64,000 nt of DNA from Myxococcota bacterium (GTDB lineage: Bacteria; Myxococcota_A; Bradymonadia; UBA7976; UBA1532). The notes under the pieces are model-generated. The model did not search any database and was not told the origin of the DNA. It saw only the letters and a list, made by a program, of their open reading frames with translations. Position numbers and translations under genes: made by a program. The stretch is taken from NCBI GenBank assembly GCA_036337435.1, contig JAYZEG010000030.1:38424-102423 (forward strand), in the 5' to 3' direction. Positions 1 to 9,113 of the stretch are shown here, piece by piece. Each line of letters starts with the position of its first letter. Position 1 is the first letter of the stretch.

Positions 1-439
1 CCATCATCAGTGCTTTTGTATCGAGCGCGTTATAGCCAAACGGGTTGTCTAGACCTGCCCAAGCAAAATACCAAGCCGTGAACATCCAGTCGAATGGCGC
101 ATTATGTCCAACGAAGAGGGGCCGATAGCCATCAGGTGTATTTGTTTTGACCCAATCTGTAATCTTCTCCATCACCAGTCGGGCGGGGAGCCCATGGGTT
201 CGAAGATGGTCTTCCGTCAGACCATGAATTGACATTGCATGGGGGTCAAACCCATCGCAAATGGGCTGAAGCTCGAAGTAGAATTCACCACCCCGTCGAT
301 GGACACCATGATCGTACTGAACCGCGACACCCCCAATAGACACCATATTGAACAGGCCTGGAACCCGACCACTGGCTTCGAGATCGACGCAGAAGTAGAC
401 GGTTTTTGGGTCGATTATGGCACGCTGTTGATTCTTCAT
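1..439 (-). CDS. DEDD-family 3'-5' exonuclease (DnaQ/RNase T-like), runs off the left edge
   Basis: Absent from the ORF track; translated by hand from ATG at 439: MKNQQRAIIDPKTVYFCVDLEASG...FVGHNAPFDWMF...NPFGYNALDTK. ExoI D-x-E and ExoII HNxxFD motifs present. ATGA overlap with the upstream gene's stop. Confidence 0.85.
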   Translation of the reverse strand, partial: MKNQQRAIIDPKTVYFCVDLEASGRVPGLFNMVSIGGVAVQYDHGVHRRGGEFYFELQPICDGFDPHAMSIHGLTEDHLRTHGLPARLVMEKITDWVKTNTPDGYRPLFVGHNAPFDWMFTAWYFAWAGLDNPFGYNALDTKALMM

Positions 440-1056
440 TTTTGACTCAGTGCTTTCTGTAAACTTGTGCGAAAGGCCGACACGGAATTGGGCGTATAGA
501 AATACGGGTACCGGTCGATTGGACTCGTTATGTCGCTGAGCAATACACCGGCCGACGAGAAGAAAAAGATTCGAGGAACATATCGACCGTACTGGACGTA
601 TTCGTTCAACCAATCAGGACGCTCATCCTGGTCTTGGCGTACCATCACGACGTCGTTGGCTAGACGTTCGACAACTTTGTCCTGAAAAAGTGGACCCAAT
701 TTACGACATTTTGGACACCAATCAGTGAAGACGACTAGGCACAACGGCTTTCCTGTTTTGGCGGATTCCTTGCGACCGTCCGCCCATGAGTGCCATTTAA
801 GATTACTCTTCCATTTGGCATCTTTAACCGATGTTGCAGTGCCAGTAAATGCCGGTCGATTTGTGTTTTTCGCCGAACTCAGTTTTGCGGATGCCTGCTC
901 TTGGAGCTGCTTGGACCGAGTCGCCTGTTTTGCCTGGTTGTTATCCGATTGGTTTGGCTGTACCTGACATCCAAAGGCGAGGAGTAAAATCAGCAAAGCC
1001 GCTGAGACACCCGTGACTGACACGTCTTGTTCATTTGGTATTCTTGTCATCTTCAC
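436..1056 (-). CDS. Thioredoxin-fold lipoprotein
   Basis: WCPKC CxxC motif, cis-Pro loop YVPR, hydrophobic N-terminus with lipobox-like LAFGC; exact start uncertain. Confidence 0.8.
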   Translation of the reverse strand: MKMTRIPNEQDVSVTGVSAALLILLLAFGCQVQPNQSDNNQAKQATRSKQLQEQASAKLSSAKNTNRPAFTGTATSVKDAKWKSNLKWHSWADGRKESAKTGKPLCLVVFTDWCPKCRKLGPLFQDKVVERLANDVVMVRQDQDERPDWLNEYVQYGRYVPRIFFFSSAGVLLSDITSPIDRYPYFYTPNSVSAFRTSLQKALSQK

Positions 1057-2152
1057 CGTCCGTCATAAAGTCAGCTATGGCCGATAGGCCGTCGAGGGTC
1101 GACGCATCGGGACCCAAGTGCGGCAATGTATAAACCCAGCCGTGGCCAGAAAGAGCAGCCAAGTCAGCCTTCAATTTCACGTGGCCCTCCATCAGATGGC
1201 GTTCGCGCAACGAGAACTGCCGCAATTTTGAAATCGCAACCGAGAGAACAGGATCAGGACGTTCAATCCGATCGGTGTCAGGCATTTTCCAGTTCCGACA
1301 ATGGGTGAGACTCCGATTCAAAATAACACCAGCAACATGGAGCTGTAACTCTTCTGTCGCACGTCTTGAAAAGAACTGGGTTTCCTCAAGGGCTGCACTT
1401 GTGGGGGCTGTGACCAATAAAAACGACACATCCTGGCCACCGAAGAAACGACGCATCTCGGATTGGTTATGATTGAGCTGCGAAAGCAGGCCGCCGAAGA
1501 GCTGAAAAAACTGCTGTAACTCTCGACGGGTCTCAGGCCCAAAGCTTACATCCATGACCTTTTCGAGTAATTTCGTCGTCATCCGACGAATGGCACTGCC
1601 TTCACCCGGTACGAAGAGATTAAAAATACGTCTGTCGAGAAAAGCACTCGCCCGCTCGGGCGCATCGAGGAAACGCAATGCATCTCGTGACGGAGGTGTA
1701 TCGAGGATGATGAGGTCATAGCGCTCGTCATGAATGAATTCATATAACGCCTGAACGGCTGTGTATTCTTGCATGCCAGCGACCATAGCTGTCACGTTTT
1801 GGTAAATCGGATTGTTCATGAGAGTGCTGGCATCGCGATTCGATCCGGAGAATCGCTCAACAACTCGGTCGGCAATGAGCTGTGGGTCAAGCATCCACGC
1901 TGCTAGGCTACCAGTCGAACTTTGATCGATGAGCCCAGTGGTATCGACCGGGATGGGTCGCTCTGGGTTTCTATCGACACCGAGTGCTTCAGCGAGTCTT
2001 TTGCTTGGATCGATAGTCACAACCAAAACATTTTTAACTTGTCTGGCTGCGGCCAAACCAAGGGCAGCCGAGGTTGTGGTTTTTCCCACACCGCCAGCCC
2101 CGCAGCAGACGATTACCTTGCGTGTCAGAATCAGGTCTTGAATCGGGTTCAT
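1031..2152 (-). CDS. ArsA/Get3-family ATPase (subunit with GAGGVGKTT)
   Basis: P-loop CGAGGVGKTT, switch I TIDP, DTPP motif. Confidence 0.9.
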   Translation of the reverse strand: MNPIQDLILTRKVIVCCGAGGVGKTTTSAALGLAAARQVKNVLVVTIDPSKRLAEALGVDRNPERPIPVDTTGLIDQSSTGSLAAWMLDPQLIADRVVERFSGSNRDASTLMNNPIYQNVTAMVAGMQEYTAVQALYEFIHDERYDLIILDTPPSRDALRFLDAPERASAFLDRRIFNLFVPGEGSAIRRMTTKLLEKVMDVSFGPETRRELQQFFQLFGGLLSQLNHNQSEMRRFFGGQDVSFLLVTAPTSAALEETQFFSRRATEELQLHVAGVILNRSLTHCRNWKMPDTDRIERPDPVLSVAISKLRQFSLRERHLMEGHVKLKADLAALSGHGWVYTLPHLGPDASTLDGLSAIADFMTDGEDDKNTK

Positions 2153-3063
2153 GACTCAGTGCCCATCAGCTCGCCAATATAAGCCGTTAAGGGATTGGTA
2201 ACGAGATCGGTATCAACGACTTCAGGCAGGTCTAAAACGGGCGAATCAAATCGATTTTTGAGCTCACTCAGCGCGACTTTCGCAGCTCTGATTCGAGCCA
2301 GGGTCAGTTGACCGAAAAAATGCTCCGCGTCGCAGTATGCATCCAAGGCAGCTCGCTCATCATCGGTGAACGGATCAGGCGGCATTCGATTGAGGATCAT
2401 CCCCCCCACAGTCACATCGGTTTCAGTTAATCCATCAACTAATTCGAGGGCCTCAGTGACGGGTAGTTTTTCCGGCAAGGTGACAATCCAGGCCTCGCAT
2501 AGCTCTGGATTATTGAGAATACTTTGACCTTCTTTTAAAGCTCGAGCGATGGGTCCTGCCGGAATCAATCGAAGAAGAATTGCAGGCAACCCTGTGAGTG
2601 CCAATGTGTGGCCTGTGGCTGGCATGTCGATGATGATCAACTCATACTGTCGAGTTCCGTCCGAACGGGTCTTTTGAAGCAGGGTCAACAAATGATAGAA
2701 GATGCCCATTTCATGGAGTGAGGGTGCCGCTGTCAAAAATTTGTGGACAGCTTTTGAGCGCAGAGCGGCTGCGATCAACGTCTTGCTCGGCAGAATCGTC
2801 CTCAAGAACAAAGAGTGGCCGGCCTTCGCGTTGAGACGGCCGATCGCGAGGAAGTCGTTTATGGGACAGGCTTCTTCGTTTAAATCCGGTCGACCGAACC
2901 GCGCACCTAATGCTGATTGAGACCCTTCCTCATAAGCGATTTCTAACACCAAAGTTCTCTTTTTCGCCTTGGACGATGCAAGCCCTATGGCGGCCGAGAC
3001 AGCGGTCCGACCAACGCCCCCTTTGCCGCTGATGAGCAATGTATGCCTGTTTAAAAAATACAC
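2149..3063 (-). CDS. ArsA/Get3-family ATPase (subunit with GKGGVGRT)
   Basis: GKGGVGRT deviant P-loop, DMPATGH, VTLPE; ATGA overlap with the downstream paralogue. Confidence 0.88.
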   Translation of the reverse strand: MYFLNRHTLLISGKGGVGRTAVSAAIGLASSKAKKRTLVLEIAYEEGSQSALGARFGRPDLNEEACPINDFLAIGRLNAKAGHSLFLRTILPSKTLIAAALRSKAVHKFLTAAPSLHEMGIFYHLLTLLQKTRSDGTRQYELIIIDMPATGHTLALTGLPAILLRLIPAGPIARALKEGQSILNNPELCEAWIVTLPEKLPVTEALELVDGLTETDVTVGGMILNRMPPDPFTDDERAALDAYCDAEHFFGQLTLARIRAAKVALSELKNRFDSPVLDLPEVVDTDLVTNPLTAYIGELMGTES

Positions 3064-3275
3064 GAACCATCCTCACGAGTACGGGATTTACTATAGCTGG
3101 CAGCTGACCCACAAGCCAGTGTAGGACGAGACTAAAAACAACCGATTTGTAGATTATTTTCGAAAATTAGTCAGTCTGACGCGACTTTTTACCGTAAATC
3201 TGGTTACCATTACCAGTAGACCGGACCGGGTCTAAGATTCATCTGAGTCCGTTAAAACAGTCGAGAGGAGACCTT

Positions 3276-4463
3276 ATGCAGCTGCCTAGATTCCTTGAGA
3301 GTAATCCCCTGGTGGAGCGGCTACCAACCGAGGTGAAGACCAGAGTCGAAGCTTGGATGGATAATGTAAATACGCTGCTGACCATCGAGAATGTGGGCGT
3401 TTTAAAGAGCATGGGGCCATCCGCAATGCGGGGTCTCTTTTTGCAGAGGGGTCGGCAACAAACGGCTGAGATGCGGTCTAATCATTCGGCCCATTTCAAT
3501 TTTTCCTATCCCTCCGACAACGGAGCGATGAAGGCGCTTTACGAGAAGGCCAAGCGTCTCCAATGGAACGGCAGCGTGGACCTGGACTGGTCAACACCTG
3601 TCGATCCTTTCAATCCGAATGTGCCGCTGATCGGAGAGGGGTTTGTAGACTGGAACATGCTCGCCGGATTCGGTATCCGCTTTAACGAACGGGAGCAGCT
3701 CGATTTCATGTGGCGGGTTACGTCCTGGATGTTGAGCCAGTTTTTGCATGGCGAACAGGGGGCATTAATGGCCTCTGCCCAAGTTACAGAGGCGACGCCC
3801 ATTTTTGACGGAAAGTACTACGGAGCCACCCAGGTCATGGATGAGGCTCGGCACGTTGAGGTCTTTAGTCGCTACCTCGACTCTAAATTGGAACATCGAT
3901 ACGACATCAACGACAACCTATTCACGATCATCGATGGACTGATGACCGATAGCCGCTGGGATATGAAATTTCTAGGAATGCAGATCCTCGTCGAAGGCCT
4001 CGCTCTCGGTGCCTTTGGAACCATGTATAAAATGACATCCGAGCCATTGCTCAAAGAATTGCTACGGTTAGTCATTCAAGATGAGGCACGTCATGTGCAC
4101 TTCGGGTTGTTGGCATTGAAGCCACTCTACAACGGTGGACTGAGTGAGAAAGAGCGCATCGAAAGGGAAGACTGGGCATTCGAGATCGTTCTTCTCATGC
4201 GAAATCGCTTCCTCGCGCATGAGTTATACGAAGAAGGCTTTGCCCACAGAATGAGCAGAAAAGAATGGAACTTCTTCATGGATGAAATGCCAGGAATGTC
4301 GATGTTTCGACGTGTGATGTTCAAGCGGCTCGTGCCCAATCTGCGCGCGATCGGACTGTTGACCCCGCGGATTTTGCATCGCTATGAGAAAGTCGGCCTA
4401 GGTGATTTCATCCACCTACCGGCGTCGAGTGAAATCAGCGACCACGATCTCAGCGCAGCCTAA
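3276..4463 (+). CDS. Ferritin-like diiron protein (AurF/N-oxygenase-like)
   Basis: GEQGAL, VEGLA and two DEARH motifs; GAGGAG SD upstream. Confidence 0.85.
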   Translation: MQLPRFLESNPLVERLPTEVKTRVEAWMDNVNTLLTIENVGVLKSMGPSAMRGLFLQRGRQQTAEMRSNHSAHFNFSYPSDNGAMKALYEKAKRLQWNGSVDLDWSTPVDPFNPNVPLIGEGFVDWNMLAGFGIRFNEREQLDFMWRVTSWMLSQFLHGEQGALMASAQVTEATPIFDGKYYGATQVMDEARHVEVFSRYLDSKLEHRYDINDNLFTIIDGLMTDSRWDMKFLGMQILVEGLALGAFGTMYKMTSEPLLKELLRLVIQDEARHVHFGLLALKPLYNGGLSEKERIEREDWAFEIVLLMRNRFLAHELYEEGFAHRMSRKEWNFFMDEMPGMSMFRRVMFKRLVPNLRAIGLLTPRILHRYEKVGLGDFIHLPASSEISDHDLSAA

Positions 4464-4981
4464 GGCGAAGTCTGGTCACCGTCTTGGGCCGATTTCTTCT
4501 GAACCACAATGACATCATCGTCGGGAGTATGCTGTTGGTACCCTGTGGATGGCTCATTTGAATTTTGGTCGAAGCCATCGAAGGGATACACGCCCGACTG
4601 ACCAAAGAGGTCGTTGGTCGGTCCATATTGAACCCGCTTCTGGACTTTGCGATAGACAAAATAAGCGATCAATGTCCGTGTGGGGGGAAATAGGCATAAG
4701 ATGCCGATCCCGTCGGTGATAAAACCTGGAATCAGCAATGCAAAGGCACCGAAGGACAAAAGGGCCGCTTCGAGGGCCGCCTGAGTGATACCAACTTTCT
4801 GTTTTTGTAGCCGCATCGGCAGCGAGGCTGTCTCAAATCGAGCATATCGTAAGCCGACGGCGGCCGTGAGAATGATTAAGCAAAAGGTTTCTAGGCCACC
4901 GATTGCTTCAGCGGTACGCAACATGAGGACCAGCTCACCTGCTGCCAATCCCAATCCCACGAGCAACACAAACCGGCACAT
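4460..4981 (-). CDS. fxsA: FxsA-family membrane protein
   Basis: LLIPGFITDxxG...PPTR motif; start moved to ATG 4981 to avoid overlap with argC. Confidence 0.85.
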   Translation of the reverse strand: MCRFVLLVGLGLAAGELVLMLRTAEAIGGLETFCLIILTAAVGLRYARFETASLPMRLQKQKVGITQAALEAALLSFGAFALLIPGFITDGIGILCLFPPTRTLIAYFVYRKVQKRVQYGPTNDLFGQSGVYPFDGFDQNSNEPSTGYQQHTPDDDVIVVQKKSAQDGDQTSP

Positions 4982-4988
4982 GGCCAAC

Positions 4989-6017
4989 CTATGGGAAAAT
5001 GGCTGTGGCAGATAAACCGAGGGCTTCATCGTACCCGGCCATCAGGTTAAAACACTGGAGGGCTTGGCCCGATGACCCTTTGCACAGGTTATCTATGGCG
5101 GATTGAACCACCAATAAATCATCGGACTGAAAAAGACCTATATGACAACGATTCGTACCTCGGACATGTCTTGGGTCCGGATGCTGTCCGTCTTGTAGCA
5201 CCGAAATAAAGGTTTCAGCTGCATAAGCTGACTCATAGACATGCCTTACATCGGCCAGAGCGATATCTGGTTTCAGGCGCAAATACAAAGTAGAGAGTAT
5301 GCCACGGATTGTCGGAACTAGATGAGGGATGAAGCGAACTGTCGGTCCTCCCAGATAGTGGCTCATTTCCGGCGCATGGCGATGCGTTAGGGTTTTGTAC
5401 GCATGGAGGCCATCGGCGGTTTCCGGAAAGTGAGTTACAGCCGATGGCGTTCGACCCGCACCACTGACACCCGATTTACAATCCGCAATCAGCTCGGAAT
5501 CGCGAACGAGCCCCATGTTAAAGGCTGGAAATGCCCCCAGAATCACACTGGTTGGATAACAGCCAGGACAGCCGATGAGCTGCGCTTGAGGAATCAGGTC
5601 GCGGTTGAGTTCTGGTAACCCATACACGGTTTTTCTCAGTGAGTCTGGGTGACTATGCGGAGTGTAAATCTCGGCGTAGAGCTCTGGGTCACTGAATCGA
5701 TGGTCTGCACTGAGATCGATGACGCGCACCCCCCGTTCCAACAATTGGGCTGTGGCATCTTGGGCCATACCGTGCGGCAAGCCGAGAAACGCAAACTCAC
5801 ATTCGGCCGCGATTAAATCCGCGTCGAACTTGACCATTTGGGGGAGGTCTAAGCCCGAGAATGCCGGCGTAATATCTGAGACATCGCGGCCGGCCTGACG
5901 GCCGGCGCAGAGGATTCGTAGGTCGACATGAGGATGTCCGAGAAGCAGGCGAAGTGCTTCGGTGCCAGTGTATCCACTGGCACCGACCAATGCCACAGTG
6001 CGTTTCGGCGCGTCCAA
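4989..6017 (-). CDS. argC: N-acetyl-gamma-glutamyl-phosphate reductase
   Basis: GASGYTG, PGCYPT catalytic Cys, SGVSGAGR, HRHAPE, DNLCKG. Confidence 0.97.
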   Translation of the reverse strand: MDAPKRTVALVGASGYTGTEALRLLLGHPHVDLRILCAGRQAGRDVSDITPAFSGLDLPQMVKFDADLIAAECEFAFLGLPHGMAQDATAQLLERGVRVIDLSADHRFSDPELYAEIYTPHSHPDSLRKTVYGLPELNRDLIPQAQLIGCPGCYPTSVILGAFPAFNMGLVRDSELIADCKSGVSGAGRTPSAVTHFPETADGLHAYKTLTHRHAPEMSHYLGGPTVRFIPHLVPTIRGILSTLYLRLKPDIALADVRHVYESAYAAETFISVLQDGQHPDPRHVRGTNRCHIGLFQSDDLLVVQSAIDNLCKGSSGQALQCFNLMAGYDEALGLSATAIFP

Positions 6018-6023
6018 ACCAGT

Positions 6024-6422
6024 TTAACGTTTCGAGAACTGGAATCGCTTACGGGCACCCGGCTGACCGTATTTCTTACGCTCAACTTCACGAGCATCAC
6101 GGGTCACGTAGCCGGCTCTCTTGAGCGCGCCCCTGAACTCGGCGTTGTACTCCATTAGCGCGCGAGTGATTCCATGTCGCATAGCACCAGCTTGGCCTGT
6201 GAGTCCGCCGCCCTTCACATTGACGAGGATGTCAAAACTGTCCATCGTTTCCGTCAATTCTAATGGCTGTGTGACATGCTGACGACGACTACCGCCTGGA
6301 AGGTACTCTTCAAATGCTCGTCCGTTCACGGTAATGGTGCCGGTTCCCGGTCGAAGGTAAACGCGTGCGACGGCTGATTTACGACGCCCAACGGCGTGCC
6401 ATTGTTGCTGATCTTGACTCAT
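6024..6422 (-). CDS. rpsI: 30S ribosomal protein S9
   Basis: [21 protein letters not shown]-terminal QFSKR. Confidence 0.99.
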   Translation of the reverse strand: MSQDQQQWHAVGRRKSAVARVYLRPGTGTITVNGRAFEEYLPGGSRRQHVTQPLELTETMDSFDILVNVKGGGLTGQAGAMRHGITRALMEYNAEFRGALKRAGYVTRDAREVERKKYGQPGARKRFQFSKR

Positions 6423-6559
6423 GTCCGTTCTCCAACGGATGGTATGCGCCCAGCCTTTTGGCTGTTTTGAATCTGCCGAAGCAAACGGTTGTTCAAATAG
6501 CGCCTACACAGTGTGTTGCGAATTGAGGTCCCAAAAGCATCGAGACCAACCAAAATTAA

Positions 6560-7009
6560 TTAACTGATGACCGTGCCGAGATCGAGGATCTCAGCCTGCT
6601 GCGCAGTATGCGGATGCTCAGAGCCAACGTAGACTTTCAACTTCTTGAGTTGGGCTCGGCCGAGAGGCCCTCGCGCAAGCATCCCCTTGACGGCCTTGCG
6701 GATGATCTCTTCAGGATTTCGCTCCAGCATTTCCTTAGCGGTCGTCGACTTTAACCCTCCGACGAAACCGGTGTGGCGATAATATTTTTTATCAGCCCAT
6801 TTTTGACCGGTGAATACGACCTGTTCCGCGTTGATCGCGATGATGAAATCACCGTCATCGATATGGGGCGTATAGGTTGCTTTATGCTTGCCTCGCAGAA
6901 CGTGGGCAATGCGCGTTGCAGCACGGCCGACAGTTTGTCCAGCCAAGTCAACGACATACCACTTTCGGTCCGCTACGGCTTCAGCCGTGGTTGTGGATCG
7001 CGTATACAT
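6560..7009 (-). CDS. rplM: 50S ribosomal protein L13
   Basis: WYVVD, LRGKHK..YTPH.D.GD, HPHTAQ; upstream of rpsI as usual. Confidence 0.99.
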   Translation of the reverse strand: MYTRSTTTAEAVADRKWYVVDLAGQTVGRAATRIAHVLRGKHKATYTPHIDDGDFIIAINAEQVVFTGQKWADKKYYRHTGFVGGLKSTTAKEMLERNPEEIIRKAVKGMLARGPLGRAQLKKLKVYVGSEHPHTAQQAEILDLGTVIS

Positions 7010-7256
7010 CTTCGTACCTCTTGAAAATCGGTCTAGACCACCTAGACTCGATAAAGTGAGCGCCGCTAATTACCTGACTGAGGGCCGCGGGTCAAGCAAA
7101 GCCGCCAGATCTGGACAAAAAAGTTCTTCATTTTCTAAAAAATACACTGAAAAGGGGCAAAGTTCTGCGGATCCAATGCGACGCTCTGTTGTCGAAAGCG
7201 CCTGGCGCTGGTATGGTCCGTCGCCAAACAACCCAAAAGATTGGAAAAGCCCGATT

Positions 7257-8351
7257 ATGGCTGCATTAGATCATTTAAAAAAGTGCATTGGACAGAGGAT
7301 TGTCGTTGGCTTTGAAGGAACCAAGGTGCCCAGTGAACTTCTTCGCCTAGACGAAGAATGGGGTATTGGTGGCTATTTGCTGCGCAAGGAAAACTACAGC
7401 GACTTCGAGCAGTTGATGAACCTCAATGAAGACCTATGGACCCGCGGTCAGGGTACGCCACCATTCATTGGAATCAGTCAAGAAGGTGGCCTTGTGCACG
7501 AAGTGCCGGAGCCATTTACAGTATTCCCAGAGATGGCCCATATGGGTCAGGTAAGCTCCGTATCGGTCGCGTACGAGGTGGGTGCCGTTATCGGTCGTGA
7601 GTTAACAGCGACGGGATTTAATCTCAATTTTGCCCCTATGCTGGACCTGAATGTAAACACAGACAATCCCACCATCGGTCGGCGCGCGATCTCACCGGAT
7701 CCCAACAAGGTATCGAACTTGGCACGGGCCGTGATCCGAGGGCTGCATGACAACTCGATTATCGCCTGCGGCAAATACTTTCCTGGTTTTGGGGACACCT
7801 ATTACGCGTCCGACAATACCCTGCCGGAATGTGATTCATCATTAGAGCAACTCAAAGAGCTAGACGTCATGCCGTATCGAGCTCTGATCCAAAATCCACC
7901 GCATCTCGATATGGTCATGTCTGGTCATGTCATGTATCCAAAAGTGGATCCTGAAAACCCTGCGACCTACAGCAGAACCATCCTTCACGATCTGCTGAGA
8001 TTAGAAATCGGATTTAAAGGGCTAGTCGTAACAGACGATCTCAGTGACCCACTGCTCAGGAAAACCATCGGACTGGAAACCGCGGTTGATCGATGCTTTG
8101 AATCGGGTGTTGACCTGATGATGGTCAGTGGAACATTGGACGACCAGGTTCAAGTGTTGGAACAAATTCTGCGCATCGTGGAAAAAGAAAACTACCCCCA
8201 TCACATGCTCGAAAGAAGCTTTCGTCGAGTTCGCGATATCAAGGCACGGCACTTTAGAGTACTCAGAACCATCGACCGTCAGCACGCCCGGGAACTGGTC
8301 GGCAATCGAGAACATTTTCGAATCGCCCGCCGGTTGCGAGATGGCAAATAG
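7257..8351 (+). CDS. GH3 beta-N-acetylhexosaminidase (NagZ)-like protein, catalytic motif degenerate
   Basis: QEGG, NFAPMLD, TDDL and GVDLMM are GH3 N-domain motifs; KHFPGHG-x4-DSH reads KYFPGFG-x4-ASD. Start taken as ATG 7257 because the track ORF from 6888 overlaps rplM. Confidence 0.8.
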   Translation: MAALDHLKKCIGQRIVVGFEGTKVPSELLRLDEEWGIGGYLLRKENYSDFEQLMNLNEDLWTRGQGTPPFIGISQEGGLVHEVPEPFTVFPEMAHMGQVSSVSVAYEVGAVIGRELTATGFNLNFAPMLDLNVNTDNPTIGRRAISPDPNKVSNLARAVIRGLHDNSIIACGKYFPGFGDTYYASDNTLPECDSSLEQLKELDVMPYRALIQNPPHLDMVMSGHVMYPKVDPENPATYSRTILHDLLRLEIGFKGLVVTDDLSDPLLRKTIGLETAVDRCFESGVDLMMVSGTLDDQVQVLEQILRIVEKENYPHHMLERSFRRVRDIKARHFRVLRTIDRQHARELVGNREHFRIARRLRDGK

Positions 8352-8352
8352 G

Positions 8353-9012
8353 TCACGTTTTAAACCGCTTAATCAAGGTGCCGACATGGCCAAGCCACTG
8401 GGTCATGCGATCGGCGGTCGCTGCTGTAGGATAACCGATGAGCAAGCGAAGAATACTTTGGGCTGTTTCCGTCATTTTGATCAGGCTGCGAGCGCGACGT
8501 AAATTGTAGGTTTGCCCGACCGACTCACCGCCGAGTCGTTCTGCATCGACGACAAAACCTTCGAGAGCCTGACGAACGGTCTCCAGAAGCATCCACTCTC
8601 GACTCCGCAGAACGGAGGCAACCGTCGGCCAGAAATCCGTGAGGGCGACATACGGAGAATTGCGGCTGGAATCAATCGAACGCACCAAACCTCGTTCAAC
8701 AAGTTCAGCGATGACACCACTGACCAAGGATCGACTGACGCCCAAATATTGAGCGATTTGGACCTGAGCTAATGGATCCGTACTGAGAGCCAAAAGAGCC
8801 CAGACCCGGCCATGGATTCCCTTAAAGCCCCAGTATTCGATGAAGTCGCCGATACTGTCACAGACTTCCAAGACGCGCCGGTTGATGATGACGGCAGCCC
8901 CGTCTGGCGTCTGATCTGACCCTTGCTTTGTCACTGTTGCCTTCGCTTGTTCGAGGATCACGTCGCGTGACCAAAAAACGCCAAATGTCACCCGTATTGA
9001 TGTTTTTGACAA
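8353..9012 (-). CDS. GbsR/MarR-family transcriptional regulator
   Basis: WGFKGIHGRVWALL followed by HTH LAQVQIAQYLGVSRSLVSGVIAELVERGLV; true start probably downstream of 9012. Confidence 0.8.
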   Translation of the reverse strand: MSKTSIRVTFGVFWSRDVILEQAKATVTKQGSDQTPDGAAVIINRRVLEVCDSIGDFIEYWGFKGIHGRVWALLALSTDPLAQVQIAQYLGVSRSLVSGVIAELVERGLVRSIDSSRNSPYVALTDFWPTVASVLRSREWMLLETVRQALEGFVVDAERLGGESVGQTYNLRRARSLIKMTETAQSILRLLIGYPTAATADRMTQWLGHVGTLIKRFKT

Positions 9013-9035
9013 TTCCGGGTAGTGTGAAGCATATA

Positions 9036-9057
9036 TTGTTCACAATATTGTGAACAA
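9036..9057. promoter_or_regulatory. Perfect 22-bp palindrome, probable operator between the regulator and the men operon
   Basis: TTGTTCACAAT|ATTGTGAACAA in the divergent intergenic region. Confidence 0.7.
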
Positions 9058-9113
9058 GTAAAATTGTGTAGCCCTTTTACCTGATAATCGCGCTCCAGCA
9101 TCAGAGTGAGTCT

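Noticed and set aside
239..445. 68-aa plus-strand ORF in the track
   Set aside because: Antisense shadow of the DEDD exonuclease on the minus strand.
1031..3063. Arsenic resistance operon
   Set aside because: No arsB/acr3, arsC or arsR is adjacent; the motifs fit the Get3-like paired ATPases.
6888..7256. Long N-terminal extension of the GH3 ORF in the track (likewise the 10244, 12528, 37431 and 54497 starts)
   Set aside because: These extensions overlap neighbouring genes or precede the recognisable domain; downstream ATGs with ATGA coupling or SD sites fit better.
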